Below, one piece after another: positions 27,416 to 36,841 of a stretch of 64,000 bases of DNA. Origin of the DNA: an archaeon. GTDB lineage: Archaea; Nanobdellota; Nanobdellia; Pacearchaeales; GW2011-AR1. The number at the start of each line of letters is the position of its first letter. Position 1 is the stretch's first letter. The notes beneath the pieces were generated by a model. It ran no database searches and was not told the origin of the DNA. It was given only the letters and a program-made list of their open reading frames with translations. A program made the position numbers and the translations under genes. The DNA is taken from positions 1,159 to 65,158 of the forward strand of contig JABHTJ010000004.1 of assembly GCA_018697295.1 (NCBI GenBank), in the 5' to 3' direction.

Positions 27416-28095
27416 TTTTTTGAATTCGTTTTTCCATTCTTCATCCTATTTCTTACTTTTGGATAAAAATAGTAAATTACAAGTCCTAACAAAATTAGCA
27501 TTGAAAATTCCTGAATGATTGTTATTATTATTTTCCAAGTTTCTTTTGCGAAGACTCCAATTAATACATAAATTAATGTGTAGATTATCTCTCCCAAGAT
27601 TACTGGAATGATGAATTTTTTGTATTTGAAATTTTTGATACCTGAATAATAGTTTAGAATTGCTGCAGCACCGTGGATAAATCTTGTGAAGAAAAGTGAT
27701 ATTGCTCCATGTTTTTTGAATTTGGCTGCTGCTTTTTCTTCCTCATTTTTTAGAAATGTATATTTTTTGACAAGGTCGTTAATTTCTTTTTGAAATGATT
27801 TTGCGAGAAAATGTGCGCTTGAATCTCCAGATATTGTTGCAAGAAGTGTTACTGTGAAAATGATTATGACTTGTGTTGGGGATGAAGCGAGAGAAGTTAG
27901 TGAAACGATGAAGAAAAATGCTGCTGTCGGGACTGCAAATGATGCTGCAAAAACGATAAAAAATAATGAGATGAGGGTTTGGTTTGTAATTTCTGGAGAT
28001 ACTTCAAAAACTTTTGTTACGATTTCTGAAAATGCTGCGAAAAATATTATGAAGAGGATTATTACAAAAAGAATTATCGACCTTTTTTTGAATTT
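27412..28095 (-). CDS. DedA/VTT-like (SNARE-associated) membrane protein
   Basis: Trimmed to MKFKKRSIILFVIILF.... Multi-pass membrane protein; the upstream 104 codons of the listed ORF are low-complexity antisense to the neighbouring gene. Confidence 0.6.
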   Translation of the reverse strand, partial: KFKKRSIILFVIILFIIFFAAFSEIVTKVFEVSPEITNQTLISLFFIVFAASFAVPTAAFFFIVSLTSLASSPTQVIIIFTVTLLATISGDSSAHFLAKSFQKEINDLVKKYTFLKNEEEKAAAKFKKHGAISLFFTRFIHGAAAILNYYSGIKNFKYKKFIIPVILGEIIYTLIYVLIGVFAKETWKIIITIIQEFSMLILLGLVIYYFYPKVRNRMKNGKTNSKN

Positions 28096-28187
28096 CATAT
28101 TTTTATTATTGTTTAGAGTTATATAAATCTGGTTATTTGTAACTCGAGTGGGAAAATCTTTATATAGTCTTGATAATTTTATTTGCG

Positions 28188-29402
28188 ATGGAAGAAAATA
28201 ATGGGGTTGAAAAAAAGGTGGAAGAGAAGGTGGAATCTGTCGAAAAATCTGATTCTTCTGAAGATCATGCAACCGAAGAAACTTCGAAAAAAGATGAGCC
28301 GGTAGTAGATACCTCTGAAGAAAAATCTGATGAGTCTGAAAAATCAACTGAGTCTGCTGAAAAGAGTTCTGAAGAAAGTCCAGTTGTTGCTGAAGGTTCG
28401 CAGGCAAGAGAAGTTAGTGAATCTGAGAATTCTTTGCAGAAAAAACTTTTGATTGGATTTAGTTTTGTTCTTATTGCCGCTTTAATTTATGGCGGTTTTA
28501 TGATGTGGGGTGGTGACGGCGTTACTGGAAATGTTGTTGGTTCTAGGGGAGACGTTTCTGGAGAGATTTTGGCAGATGTAGATGGTTATAGTATTCTGGG
28601 TGATAATTTGGACAAGGAGTATGAACTTTACTTTTTTACGAATAATCTTCCTGAAGAATATAGGGCACAAATTTCTAAGGATGTTTTTTTGAATCAAACT
28701 ATTCTTACACATTTACTTTATGAAATTGCAACTGATGAAGGATATAAAGTCTCATCTAAGGAAATTGAAAGTGAACTTGAAACACAACTTGGAGCTGCAG
28801 GAATTGAAATTGAAACTTACAAAGAAGAAATGAAAACTGCAGGACTTGATTACGATTTCTTTGTCGAATTTTCAAGGAATCAAATGGTTATCAGGAATTA
28901 TATGGATGATACTATTTTGAAAGATATTGAAGTTAATGAAGAAGAAGCTTCTAGTTATTATGAAACAAATGTTGAGCAATTTAAGGTTGAAGAAAAAATA
29001 AGGGCTAGTCATATTTTGGTTGAAACTGAAGATGAAGCTATCGAGATAATTTCTGAATTGGATGATGGTAAAGATTTTGCAGAACTTGCTCAAGAAAAAT
29101 CGACTGGTCCAAGTGGGCCTAATGGTGGCGATTTGGATTTCTTTGGAAAAGGGCAAATGGTTCCTCCTTTTGAAGAAGCTGCTTATGCGCTTGAGAATGT
29201 TGGAGATTATACAAATGAACCAGTTCAAACTGATTTTGGATTCCATGTTATAATGTTAACAGATACTCAAGAAGCTGAGACTCTTTTATTCGACGATATT
29301 CTTGAAGATTTGAAGGCAGGTTTACTTGCGGAAAAACAAAAGCAAATTGTTAGTGAATATTTTGAAAGTGTTTTAGCAGAATCAGATATTGAAATTTTTT
29401 AG
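28188..29402 (+). CDS. Membrane-anchored parvulin-type peptidyl-prolyl isomerase (PrsA/SurA-like)
   Basis: Acidic N-terminus and TM LLIGFSFVLIAALIYGGFMMW. PpiC domain IRASHILV...GGDLDFFGKGQMVPPFEEAAYAL...FGFHVIM. Confidence 0.85.
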   Translation: MEENNGVEKKVEEKVESVEKSDSSEDHATEETSKKDEPVVDTSEEKSDESEKSTESAEKSSEESPVVAEGSQAREVSESENSLQKKLLIGFSFVLIAALIYGGFMMWGGDGVTGNVVGSRGDVSGEILADVDGYSILGDNLDKEYELYFFTNNLPEEYRAQISKDVFLNQTILTHLLYEIATDEGYKVSSKEIESELETQLGAAGIEIETYKEEMKTAGLDYDFFVEFSRNQMVIRNYMDDTILKDIEVNEEEASSYYETNVEQFKVEEKIRASHILVETEDEAIEIISELDDGKDFAELAQEKSTGPSGPNGGDLDFFGKGQMVPPFEEAAYALENVGDYTNEPVQTDFGFHVIMLTDTQEAETLLFDDILEDLKAGLLAEKQKQIVSEYFESVLAESDIEIF

Positions 29403-29459
29403 TTATTTCTTTTCCTCAAAATTTAAATAAGCTCTTATCTTTTTTGTATAAGGTGATAT

Positions 29460-30275
29460 ATGGAAATTATTAAATCAGATGGGCGGCGAGTTGCTTTTCG
29501 AAAGAGTAAGATTGCAAGCTCGATTGTTCGTGCCGGTGGAAGTCGCGAGTTTGCACGCGAAGTTGCTGGTAGAGTTTCTAGAAAAGTGCATTCTGGGGCG
29601 ACGACTGAGAAAATTTTAGATTTGACTTTGAAAAATTTGAAAGGAAAGAAAGCGGTTGCTGCACGTTATAATTTGAAAAAAGCAATCATGGAATTGGGAC
29701 CTTCGGGATTTACGTTTGAAGAATATGTTTCTCAAGTTTTGCAGGCGTATGGATATGAAACTATTACGAGTGCGCATATTCGTGGGAAGGTGATTTTGCA
29801 AGAAATTGATGTCATTGCTCGTAAGTCCGGGAAGACTTCTATGATTGAAGCAAAATATCATAATAGTAGGGGAATTCGGACGAATACGAAAGTTGCAATG
29901 TATACTCATGCGCGGTTTTTGGACGTTGTGAGCAATAAAAAAAATTCTTTTGATGATGCTTGGTTAGTTACGAATACTGCGCTTACACACTCTGCACGCG
30001 ACTATTCTCGAGGTGTTAAATTGCGTGTCATCTCTTGGGATTACTCTTCCGTTGGTAAAACTCTTCGAGAAATGATTGAAGCAGAAAAATTATATCCTAT
30101 TACGATTTTTACTTGTGTTTCAAAAAAAGTTCGTGAGAAACTGTTTCATGCGAAGGTAGTTCTCGCAAAAGATTTAGTGGAGAAGGATATCGAAGAGATT
30201 CATAGAAAAACTGGTGTTGATAGAAAGTATATTGGGGCCGTTTTGAATGAGATTAAGGGGATTTGTAATGTTTAG
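29460..30275 (+). CDS. ATP-cone domain protein fused to PD-(D/E)xK restriction-endonuclease-like domain
   Basis: N-terminal ATP-cone (IIKSDGRRVAFRKSKIASSI). Nuclease-like core EIDVIARK...MIEAKYH. Confidence 0.7.
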   Translation: MEIIKSDGRRVAFRKSKIASSIVRAGGSREFAREVAGRVSRKVHSGATTEKILDLTLKNLKGKKAVAARYNLKKAIMELGPSGFTFEEYVSQVLQAYGYETITSAHIRGKVILQEIDVIARKSGKTSMIEAKYHNSRGIRTNTKVAMYTHARFLDVVSNKKNSFDDAWLVTNTALTHSARDYSRGVKLRVISWDYSSVGKTLREMIEAEKLYPITIFTCVSKKVREKLFHAKVVLAKDLVEKDIEEIHRKTGVDRKYIGAVLNEIKGICNV

Positions 30276-30976
30276 GAATTTTTCAAATCATTAACTTCAT
30301 CCTCACTTAACTCTCGAACTTCGCCAACCTTCAAATTTCCTAATTTCAAATTTTTAATTTTGATTCGTTTTAACATATAGATTTTATACTTTAGTTTGTC
30401 TTCGAAGATTCGTCTGAGTATTCGGTTTCTGCCTTCAGTAATTTCGATTGTGAATTCGTTCTTTTTTTGATTTTTGATTTTTCCAAAAAACATTTGTTTA
30501 TCAATCATAATTCCACTTTTTGCCTTAGTTATGTCTTCTTTTTTTAGAGTTGGTTCTGTTCTGAGATGATATTCTTTTGTTATTTTTTTGCTTGGGTGTG
30601 TGAGATTGTTGGTTAGTTCTCCGTCGTTTGTGAGTAGGAGTAAGCCTTCACTTGTGCCGTCGAGTCGCCCCACATAGTTTAAATTGAGGTTTAATTTTTT
30701 TAATGAAGGTAGGCTGTAAATTGTTTTTCTTTTTTGTGGATCATCTTTTGTTACTAAAATTCCCTTTGGTTTATTGAGAGCGAAATAATATTTTTTATCT
30801 TGGGTTTTTAGTTTTTCTCCATTGATAGTTATTTTTGCGTTTTCTTTTTCTAATTTAAATCCTGTTTCGACAACTTTTCCATCGACAACTACCTTTTTGT
30901 CTTTGATTAATTCCTCTGCCTTTCTTCTTGAACAATATCCACTGTTCGCGATTATTTTTTGAATTCGTTCTTCCAT
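30272..30976 (-). CDS. Pseudouridine synthase, RsuA/RluB family
   Basis: S4 domain IIANSGYCSRRKAEELIKDKKVVVDGKVV; catalytic VGRLDGTSEGLLLLTNDG. Confidence 0.9.
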   Translation of the reverse strand: MEERIQKIIANSGYCSRRKAEELIKDKKVVVDGKVVETGFKLEKENAKITINGEKLKTQDKKYYFALNKPKGILVTKDDPQKRKTIYSLPSLKKLNLNLNYVGRLDGTSEGLLLLTNDGELTNNLTHPSKKITKEYHLRTEPTLKKEDITKAKSGIMIDKQMFFGKIKNQKKNEFTIEITEGRNRILRRIFEDKLKYKIYMLKRIKIKNLKLGNLKVGEVRELSEDEVNDLKNS

Positions 30977-30985
30977 GATTTATAA

Positions 30986-32158
30986 TTATATTAAATTTAC
31001 ATTAAGACTTGTTAGCTTTTCTTGAAGAACTATTTGTTCTTTTTCTATTTCTTTATTAAATGAATCTTCTATTTTCTTTTCATGTGCTCTAGCTTCTTCT
31101 AATCTCTTGATATCTTGAGCATGGTGTTCTTTTTTCTCATTTTCTCTTTCAAGTGGATCAGAATCTAAATGTTTTTTATTTTCAATTACTTTTTCCTTTT
31201 CATCAGCAATATTTTTTGCAGCTAGGAGAATTTTTTCACGGTTATTAATTTTTGAATCATCGATTAAATCTAATAATTCTTTGGCGTTCGTTTTGCTAAA
31301 CTGAACTGAAAAAGAATCTCGATATTTTTTAACGATTTCTTTTTTTAACTCGCTTGAATAATATAGTCCCATCAGTTCTTTAAAATTAATAAGATTTTTA
31401 CATTCGATAATTAATTTGTTAATTGTTTGTTCTTTTTCTTTTATGTCTTCTATAGATTTTCTGAAAGAGGAATATTCTTCACTCTTCTGAAATTTTTTGT
31501 TGCTAGATTCTATTTTTTCAATTATTTGTTCTTTTTCCTCGATTAATGAGGCAATTCTATTTATTTCTTCAATCGCCTGTTCTTTTTTCTTCGTTTTTTC
31601 TTCTATATTTTTTTGTAAAGATTTTATGTCTTTGATTGTTGTGCTTTTTGCGATTAATTCTTTTTCGGAAATTATTAGTGTTTCGAATTCTTGATAGATT
31701 TTTTGTATTGAGTTTTTGACTGCAAGTAACTCGTCTCCGATGATGTAATTCGAACGTCCATAAAAAATTGCAGATCGTTTATTAAAATTTAAGAATATTT
31801 TATTAATATGGTTAATGAATTCTTGAATAGTATCTTTCTTTGAATCTTTTAATTCTGCGAGGAGCTTTTTTACTTCAATTACATATTTTTCTACACTCTG
31901 ATTTACGATAATTTTTGCTCGTTCTTCAATTTTTTTAGAATTAATATCAATTTCTTCGAGTATTCTTATTTTTTTCTCTACCTCGAGCGAATGTTGTATG
32001 GCTAAATTATTTATTGTTTCAAAAAATTCAGATTCTTTTATTTCTAATTTTTCCTGTTCGTTTGCAAGATAGCGTTCTAATTCTTTAAATGTTATTTTTT
32101 CGTTTTCACTAAGTTCTTTTACTTTGTCTTTCTTCCTGAAAAAATTGAATAATCTCAT
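30986..32158 (-). CDS. Long coiled-coil protein, function unknown
   Basis: Trimmed to the first ATG (MRLFNFFRKK...). Lys/Glu/Ile-rich heptad-like sequence throughout. Lies directly downstream of the two pilin genes. Confidence 0.6.
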   Translation of the reverse strand: MRLFNFFRKKDKVKELSENEKITFKELERYLANEQEKLEIKESEFFETINNLAIQHSLEVEKKIRILEEIDINSKKIEERAKIIVNQSVEKYVIEVKKLLAELKDSKKDTIQEFINHINKIFLNFNKRSAIFYGRSNYIIGDELLAVKNSIQKIYQEFETLIISEKELIAKSTTIKDIKSLQKNIEEKTKKKEQAIEEINRIASLIEEKEQIIEKIESSNKKFQKSEEYSSFRKSIEDIKEKEQTINKLIIECKNLINFKELMGLYYSSELKKEIVKKYRDSFSVQFSKTNAKELLDLIDDSKINNREKILLAAKNIADEKEKVIENKKHLDSDPLERENEKKEHHAQDIKRLEEARAHEKKIEDSFNKEIEKEQIVLQEKLTSLNVNLI

Positions 32159-32196
32159 ATAGAAATATGATAACTGGTGCTTAAAAGATTTCTTAT

Positions 32197-32739
32197 TTAA
32201 CAAAGTTTAAGGCGGACTTTTCTTCCAGTAGGACAAATAACATCTTCTTTACTTATTCGTATGATTGGTGCAATTGAAAGGTAGCTATATTTTTTATCTG
32301 CAACCCCCATACTCGGAAAGCTTCTTTTAATTGTGATTCCTTGGTTTGTTCCAGGTAAATCTTCAATGCTACCGGGCTCTAATTCAGTCCCTGCAATATA
32401 TTCCACAAAAGAAAGTGAATTGGAGATTCCTTTATCATTTTCTAAAACAAAATCTAAATCGACAAGATTTATTTCTTCAGAATTTCTTGAAACTTTTACA
32501 AAAAGAAAATATGTCTCTTTACCTGGTATCCCTGTAGGATTTTCTTCTATTACGCAGAAATTTTTAATACTTATTGCACTATTAGCTGCGCGACACTCTG
32601 CAGATACTTCGAGTTTATCTCTAATTATCGGAGAAACTGCTGCCCAGACAATTACCCTAGCCGAAACTGTAACCATGATAACTAAGACTGTTGCAATAAT
32701 TTGTGAAACCGCTTTTTTATTTTTATATAAATAATCCAT
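32197..32739 (-). CDS. Archaeal type IV pilin-like protein (class III signal peptide)
   Basis: N-terminus YKNKKAVSQIIATVLVIMVTVS is the archaeal flagellin/pilin N-terminal domain signature. Confidence 0.8.
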   Translation of the reverse strand: MDYLYKNKKAVSQIIATVLVIMVTVSARVIVWAAVSPIIRDKLEVSAECRAANSAISIKNFCVIEENPTGIPGKETYFLFVKVSRNSEEINLVDLDFVLENDKGISNSLSFVEYIAGTELEPGSIEDLPGTNQGITIKRSFPSMGVADKKYSYLSIAPIIRISKEDVICPTGRKVRLKLC

Positions 32740-32804
32740 TACTAACCCCTTATATTTGTTAGAGTTTTGAATATATAAAATCTTTTCTTATTCCAAATAT
32801 TTGA

Positions 32805-33299
32805 TTAACAGAAGTCAACTTTTTTTCGATTTATTGATGAACAAGTTATATTTTGGGACCCTAGTTGGATTATTGGTGCAATTTCAAATGAATAAAATGT
32901 TCCTGCCAAATTAATATATGTTGAATTAAAGTTTCTTGTAATTGCTATCCCATTATTTGGGTTTGGTAAATTTGAAACAGTGAAATCTTGGATTTCGGTA
33001 TATATGACTGAGTCAGAATTCCCATCCTCATCCATAATGATTATTTGTAAGTCTGTCAAATCAAATTCTTGTGAATTTCTTGAAATCTTAAATGAAAGTT
33101 CTGTACCTCCAATTAAACAAACATCTGTTAATGACATTGCACTTGTTGCAATCCTACATTCTGCTGCTTCTTCAAATTTTCCTGTAATCAAAGGTGTAAT
33201 TGTGGCCCATAGAATGACTACTACAGAAACTGTAATCATGATAACTAAAACTGTTGCAATAATTTGTGAAACCGCTTTTTTATTTTTATATAAATTCAT
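32805..33299 (-). CDS. Archaeal type IV pilin-like protein, paralog
   Basis: N-terminus YKNKKAVSQIIATVLVIMITVS, near-identical at nucleotide level to the neighbour. C-terminal domain diverged. Confidence 0.8.
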   Translation of the reverse strand: MNLYKNKKAVSQIIATVLVIMITVSVVVILWATITPLITGKFEEAAECRIATSAMSLTDVCLIGGTELSFKISRNSQEFDLTDLQIIIMDEDGNSDSVIYTEIQDFTVSNLPNPNNGIAITRNFNSTYINLAGTFYSFEIAPIIQLGSQNITCSSINRKKVDFC

Positions 33300-33357
33300 T
33301 CTCGAACCTACCTCTTATCCTTTCTATTAGGGAATTTGATATATAAAACTTTTTCTT

Positions 33358-34161
33358 TTACTTGATTCCGAGTTCTTCTTTTCTGGCCATATAGAAATTT
33401 TTGAAAAACAATATGGAGAATGGTGTGGCAATTATTGTTGCGATTAATTGATTAAGTGTGCTAAGAAAATAATTTAGTCCTATTGCAATATTGCTTGTCT
33501 GGAAAATACTTGCAATTGCTAAGAAAAATGGTGTAAAGATTAGCCTTAGGAGGAAATTGAACACTAGATATATTAGCATCAATAGTAAGATGTATCCTAA
33601 TGTTTTCCACCAGTTATTTTTAACTATTTGAAAACTTTTTTTAAGCGAATTTATAATTCCTTTCTTTCCTTTATCTTCGAGGAATATGAAACTTGCAAAA
33701 ATCCAGAAGACTCCAAAAATTATTGCGGGAATGATTAATGCGAGTATTAATAGCATCATAAATATCATGAAAACTATAAAGAATCCTAGATATTTTCCGA
33801 AATGTTTTTTTGCGTTTGCAATCATAGTTTTGTTTGCGAATTTTTTCTCTGAAACAACTGTTCTAATGAGTCCGGCTTGCATAAAAATTGTTAAAACTAT
33901 TGAAGCTAGTGCTAGAATGAAAACTCCAAACGCCCAAGTTGTTGTTGGAACATTTCCCTGAGCAATTAAGCTCGGATTTTCGATGATTATCTTTGCCGAT
34001 TCATCAGTTAGGACAAAATAAAATTGCCAAATTGCTGTAAGAAATAAAACAATACCCACTGTTATGAATATGAATTTTGCGAATTGCTTATAATTTTGTT
34101 TATATTCTGTTAAACTAGAGGAGAATAATGTCGAGAAAGTATAATTTTTTGATTTCACCAT
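33358..34161 (-). CDS. Hypothetical polytopic membrane protein
   Basis: 267 aa with six or more hydrophobic helices. No family recognised. Confidence 0.6.
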   Translation of the reverse strand: MVKSKNYTFSTLFSSSLTEYKQNYKQFAKFIFITVGIVLFLTAIWQFYFVLTDESAKIIIENPSLIAQGNVPTTTWAFGVFILALASIVLTIFMQAGLIRTVVSEKKFANKTMIANAKKHFGKYLGFFIVFMIFMMLLILALIIPAIIFGVFWIFASFIFLEDKGKKGIINSLKKSFQIVKNNWWKTLGYILLLMLIYLVFNFLLRLIFTPFFLAIASIFQTSNIAIGLNYFLSTLNQLIATIIATPFSILFFKNFYMARKEELGIK

Positions 34162-34261
34162 AATTGTTTATTGATTTTATAATTTATAAAGGTTTTGTGA
34201 TTTTTGCGTTTAGTTTAATTATTTGCCATACTTTTATAAAATCTTTTTACTTATTTTTTTG

Positions 34262-35365
34262 ATGGTGAAGACAATTTTTAATCCATGGGAAGTTTCTGGA
34301 AATGTGGATTATGAGAGGCTTGTTAAGGAATTTGGAATTGAGCGTTTGAAGAAGTTGCCAAAAGTTTTTGAAGAAAATATTTTGTTTAGACGAGGATTTG
34401 TTTTTGCTGCACGAGATATTGGGAGAATTATGCTTCGGATTAAGGATCGGAAACCTTTTGTTGTGATGACTGGGTTAATGCCTACCGGGAAGTTTCATAT
34501 TGGACATTCTCTTGTATTGATGCAAGCATTATTTTATCAAAAACTTGGTGGCCGAGTTTATATCTCAATTGCCGACGTTGAAGCTTACAATGCTCGAGGA
34601 CAATCTCTTGAAGACTCAAGGAAAATTGCGAAAGAATATTTGACTGATTATGTTGCTCTTGGACTGGATTTGAAAAAGTGCGATGTTTATTTTCAATCAG
34701 AGAGAGGCAAAGATTCTAAAAAATCAAATGCATATTATCGATTGCAGAATTTATTTGCAAAACATTCGACATTTAATGAATTTAAGGGAGTTTATGGAGA
34801 GATTAGTCCTGGAAAAATGATTTCATCTTTACTTCAAGCTGCAGACATGTATCATCCACAGTTAAAAGAATTTGGTGGCAAACCCGTTCCTGCGATAATT
34901 CCGGTTGGAGTTGATCAAGACCCTCACATTAGAATTGCCAGAGACATTGCTCGAAGATTTAACAATAAATTAATTCCGATTTCTTCATCATATCATGTTT
35001 TCCTTCCAGGATTAAAAGGTGGAAAGATGTCTGCGTCAGATCAAAATTCCCATATTTGCCTTACTGAGACTCCAGCACAAATAAAAAATAAAATTAACAA
35101 ATATGCATTTTCTGGTGGACGAGAAACTTTAGCAGAACATAGAAAAAAAGGCGGGAATGTTGACAAGGATGTTTCGTATCAGTATTTGAGATTGTTTGAA
35201 GAAGATGATTCGAAGCTGATTGAAATTAAGGAGCTTTATGAAAGTGGAGAGATGTTATCTGGTGAAATGAAAGCTTATGCTATTGAGAAAATTAATTTAT
35301 TTTTGAAAGCGCATCAGGTTAAGAGGGCCAAGGCAGCGAAGGTTGTTGAAGGATTTTTTGCTTAG
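34262..35365 (+). CDS. trpS: Tryptophanyl-tRNA synthetase (archaeal/eukaryotic type)
   Basis: Trimmed to ATG (MVKTIFNPWEVSGNVDYERLVKEFG). HIGH motif TGKFHIGH; KMSKS variant GGKMSASD. Confidence 0.92.
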   Translation: MVKTIFNPWEVSGNVDYERLVKEFGIERLKKLPKVFEENILFRRGFVFAARDIGRIMLRIKDRKPFVVMTGLMPTGKFHIGHSLVLMQALFYQKLGGRVYISIADVEAYNARGQSLEDSRKIAKEYLTDYVALGLDLKKCDVYFQSERGKDSKKSNAYYRLQNLFAKHSTFNEFKGVYGEISPGKMISSLLQAADMYHPQLKEFGGKPVPAIIPVGVDQDPHIRIARDIARRFNNKLIPISSSYHVFLPGLKGGKMSASDQNSHICLTETPAQIKNKINKYAFSGGRETLAEHRKKGGNVDKDVSYQYLRLFEEDDSKLIEIKELYESGEMLSGEMKAYAIEKINLFLKAHQVKRAKAAKVVEGFFA

Positions 35366-35395
35366 ATCTGAAGGCCAGTCTAGTTATCTTTAATT

Positions 35396-36802
35396 TTATG
35401 CAATGATTATGCTTTCTCGATTACTCATACTACTCGCTCCCCAAGAATTTATTGCTTTTATTCTATAAAAATATTCGTCAGGATTCATGTTTTCATCCGT
35501 GAATGAAGTTATTTGTGGGTCATTAATAGTTCCAATTATCCAATAAGGACCTGCATCATAAGTTCCTTTTCTAATTTCATATCCTTCGGGAGTTCCATAA
35601 TACTTTATGTCTGGGAAATTTCCATAGGGGCCTCCTGTAGGTCCTACCTGCCATGAAATCTGGACTGTTCCGGGGCTAGTTTGTGTTAAAATAATATTCT
35701 CGGGGGGAGAGGGTGGGTTTGCTTCGTATTGTCCTGGAGTTAAACTTGATCCAACAACAGCATTACTACAATCACCTTGGCCTCCAGGACCAATAGCAAG
35801 AACAGCATAATGTATTGGGAAACCATAAATATTGCCAGTGTCTTTATATTCGTCAACATCCCCAACAATTCCATATAGATCACTATTTCCATCGCCGCCA
35901 TTACAGGGAGTAGGATTGCTTGTCCCCGATCTAAAAATTGCATAATTTGTAGCTCCTTGTGACTTATCCCAAGTTAAATGGATATATGGTTTCGTATTAA
36001 ATGAGGCCTGAAAATTTTGTGGGATGATTGGTTTTTCGAGCTTAACTTTTTCATTCGATTTGTACCCATATGTGATATGGAGTTTTCCACCAACTAGGGT
36101 AAAACTACCTCCAGCAACATTTGCAAAACCATTTATTCCTCCGATAGGTCCTGTGTGCTGAAGTGCAGGATCAAAATAATGGATCGTTTTTGTAGAAGCT
36201 GAGGAATCTTTAGTAAAATAATTTTTATCTTCGTTACTGGTTAAGATTAATGGAACTTCTGGAAATTGTCCTGAAACTTGGGAATAAAAAGAACGTTCGA
36301 ACCCTGAGTCTCCTTCATAATCTTGCGTTCCATCATAAGGTCCACGAATTTGTATTGTTGAAGAAGGAGGTCCTGAAGTTGAAGAAAAAAAGAATGGTGA
36401 ATCGTCCTGGGAATTTTTATAAAACATTAATGAAGAAATTGGATATTCAAGATCTACAAAACGAGGATAATTATTGTTTGATAAGTCTTCGAACACCAAA
36501 TTCTGGTCACTTCCAACCCTTAAGTCTAACTGAATGAATTCTAAATCACCTTTTCTTGAATCAAATAAGGGGATCTCAGCCTCATACCAAGCATCGTGGT
36601 CATAATATGGAAGTTCGACAGTGTGAAACTCAAAATTAAGATGTTCTTTTAGTTGAGGTGTTATTCTTGTTTGTGTTGGTGCTGGAGAGAATTGGGCACT
36701 CGGAAAAAGAGAATTTAGTAAAATTAATGTAATGGTTAACGTGACGAGAATTGTTGCAGCATGTTTGTAGAAATTGTTATTGCTAATCACTTCTTTTTTC
36801 AT
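35396..36802 (-). CDS. Secreted protein with two C-terminal Fn3-like domains, paralog 1
   Basis: N-terminal anchor MKKEVISNNNFYKHAATILVTLTITLILLNSLFP. Fn3-like HLTWDKSQGATNYAIFRS and VQISWQ...YFYRIKAINSWG. Confidence 0.75.
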   Translation of the reverse strand: MKKEVISNNNFYKHAATILVTLTITLILLNSLFPSAQFSPAPTQTRITPQLKEHLNFEFHTVELPYYDHDAWYEAEIPLFDSRKGDLEFIQLDLRVGSDQNLVFEDLSNNNYPRFVDLEYPISSLMFYKNSQDDSPFFFSSTSGPPSSTIQIRGPYDGTQDYEGDSGFERSFYSQVSGQFPEVPLILTSNEDKNYFTKDSSASTKTIHYFDPALQHTGPIGGINGFANVAGGSFTLVGGKLHITYGYKSNEKVKLEKPIIPQNFQASFNTKPYIHLTWDKSQGATNYAIFRSGTSNPTPCNGGDGNSDLYGIVGDVDEYKDTGNIYGFPIHYAVLAIGPGGQGDCSNAVVGSSLTPGQYEANPPSPPENIILTQTSPGTVQISWQVGPTGGPYGNFPDIKYYGTPEGYEIRKGTYDAGPYWIIGTINDPQITSFTDENMNPDEYFYRIKAINSWGASSMSNRESIIIA

Positions 36803-36823
36803 AAAGAATTGTTGTTGAAGAAA

Positions 36824-36831
36824 TATATAAA
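36824..36831 (-). promoter_or_regulatory. TATA box (TTTATATA on minus strand), centre about 26 nt upstream of ATG 36802
   Basis: Part of a conserved about 30-nt upstream block (gttgaagaaatatataaatgtttttgattt) also present at 38180-38208. Confidence 0.6.
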
Positions 36832-36841
36832 TGTTTTTGAT

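Noticed and set aside
28096-28407. 104-codon N-terminal extension of ORF 27412-28407 (Gln/Leu/Phe-rich)
   Set aside because: Low-complexity sequence antisense to the acidic start of the PPIase gene. A proper start (MKFKKRS plus TM) with upstream AT-rich promoter space lies at 28095.
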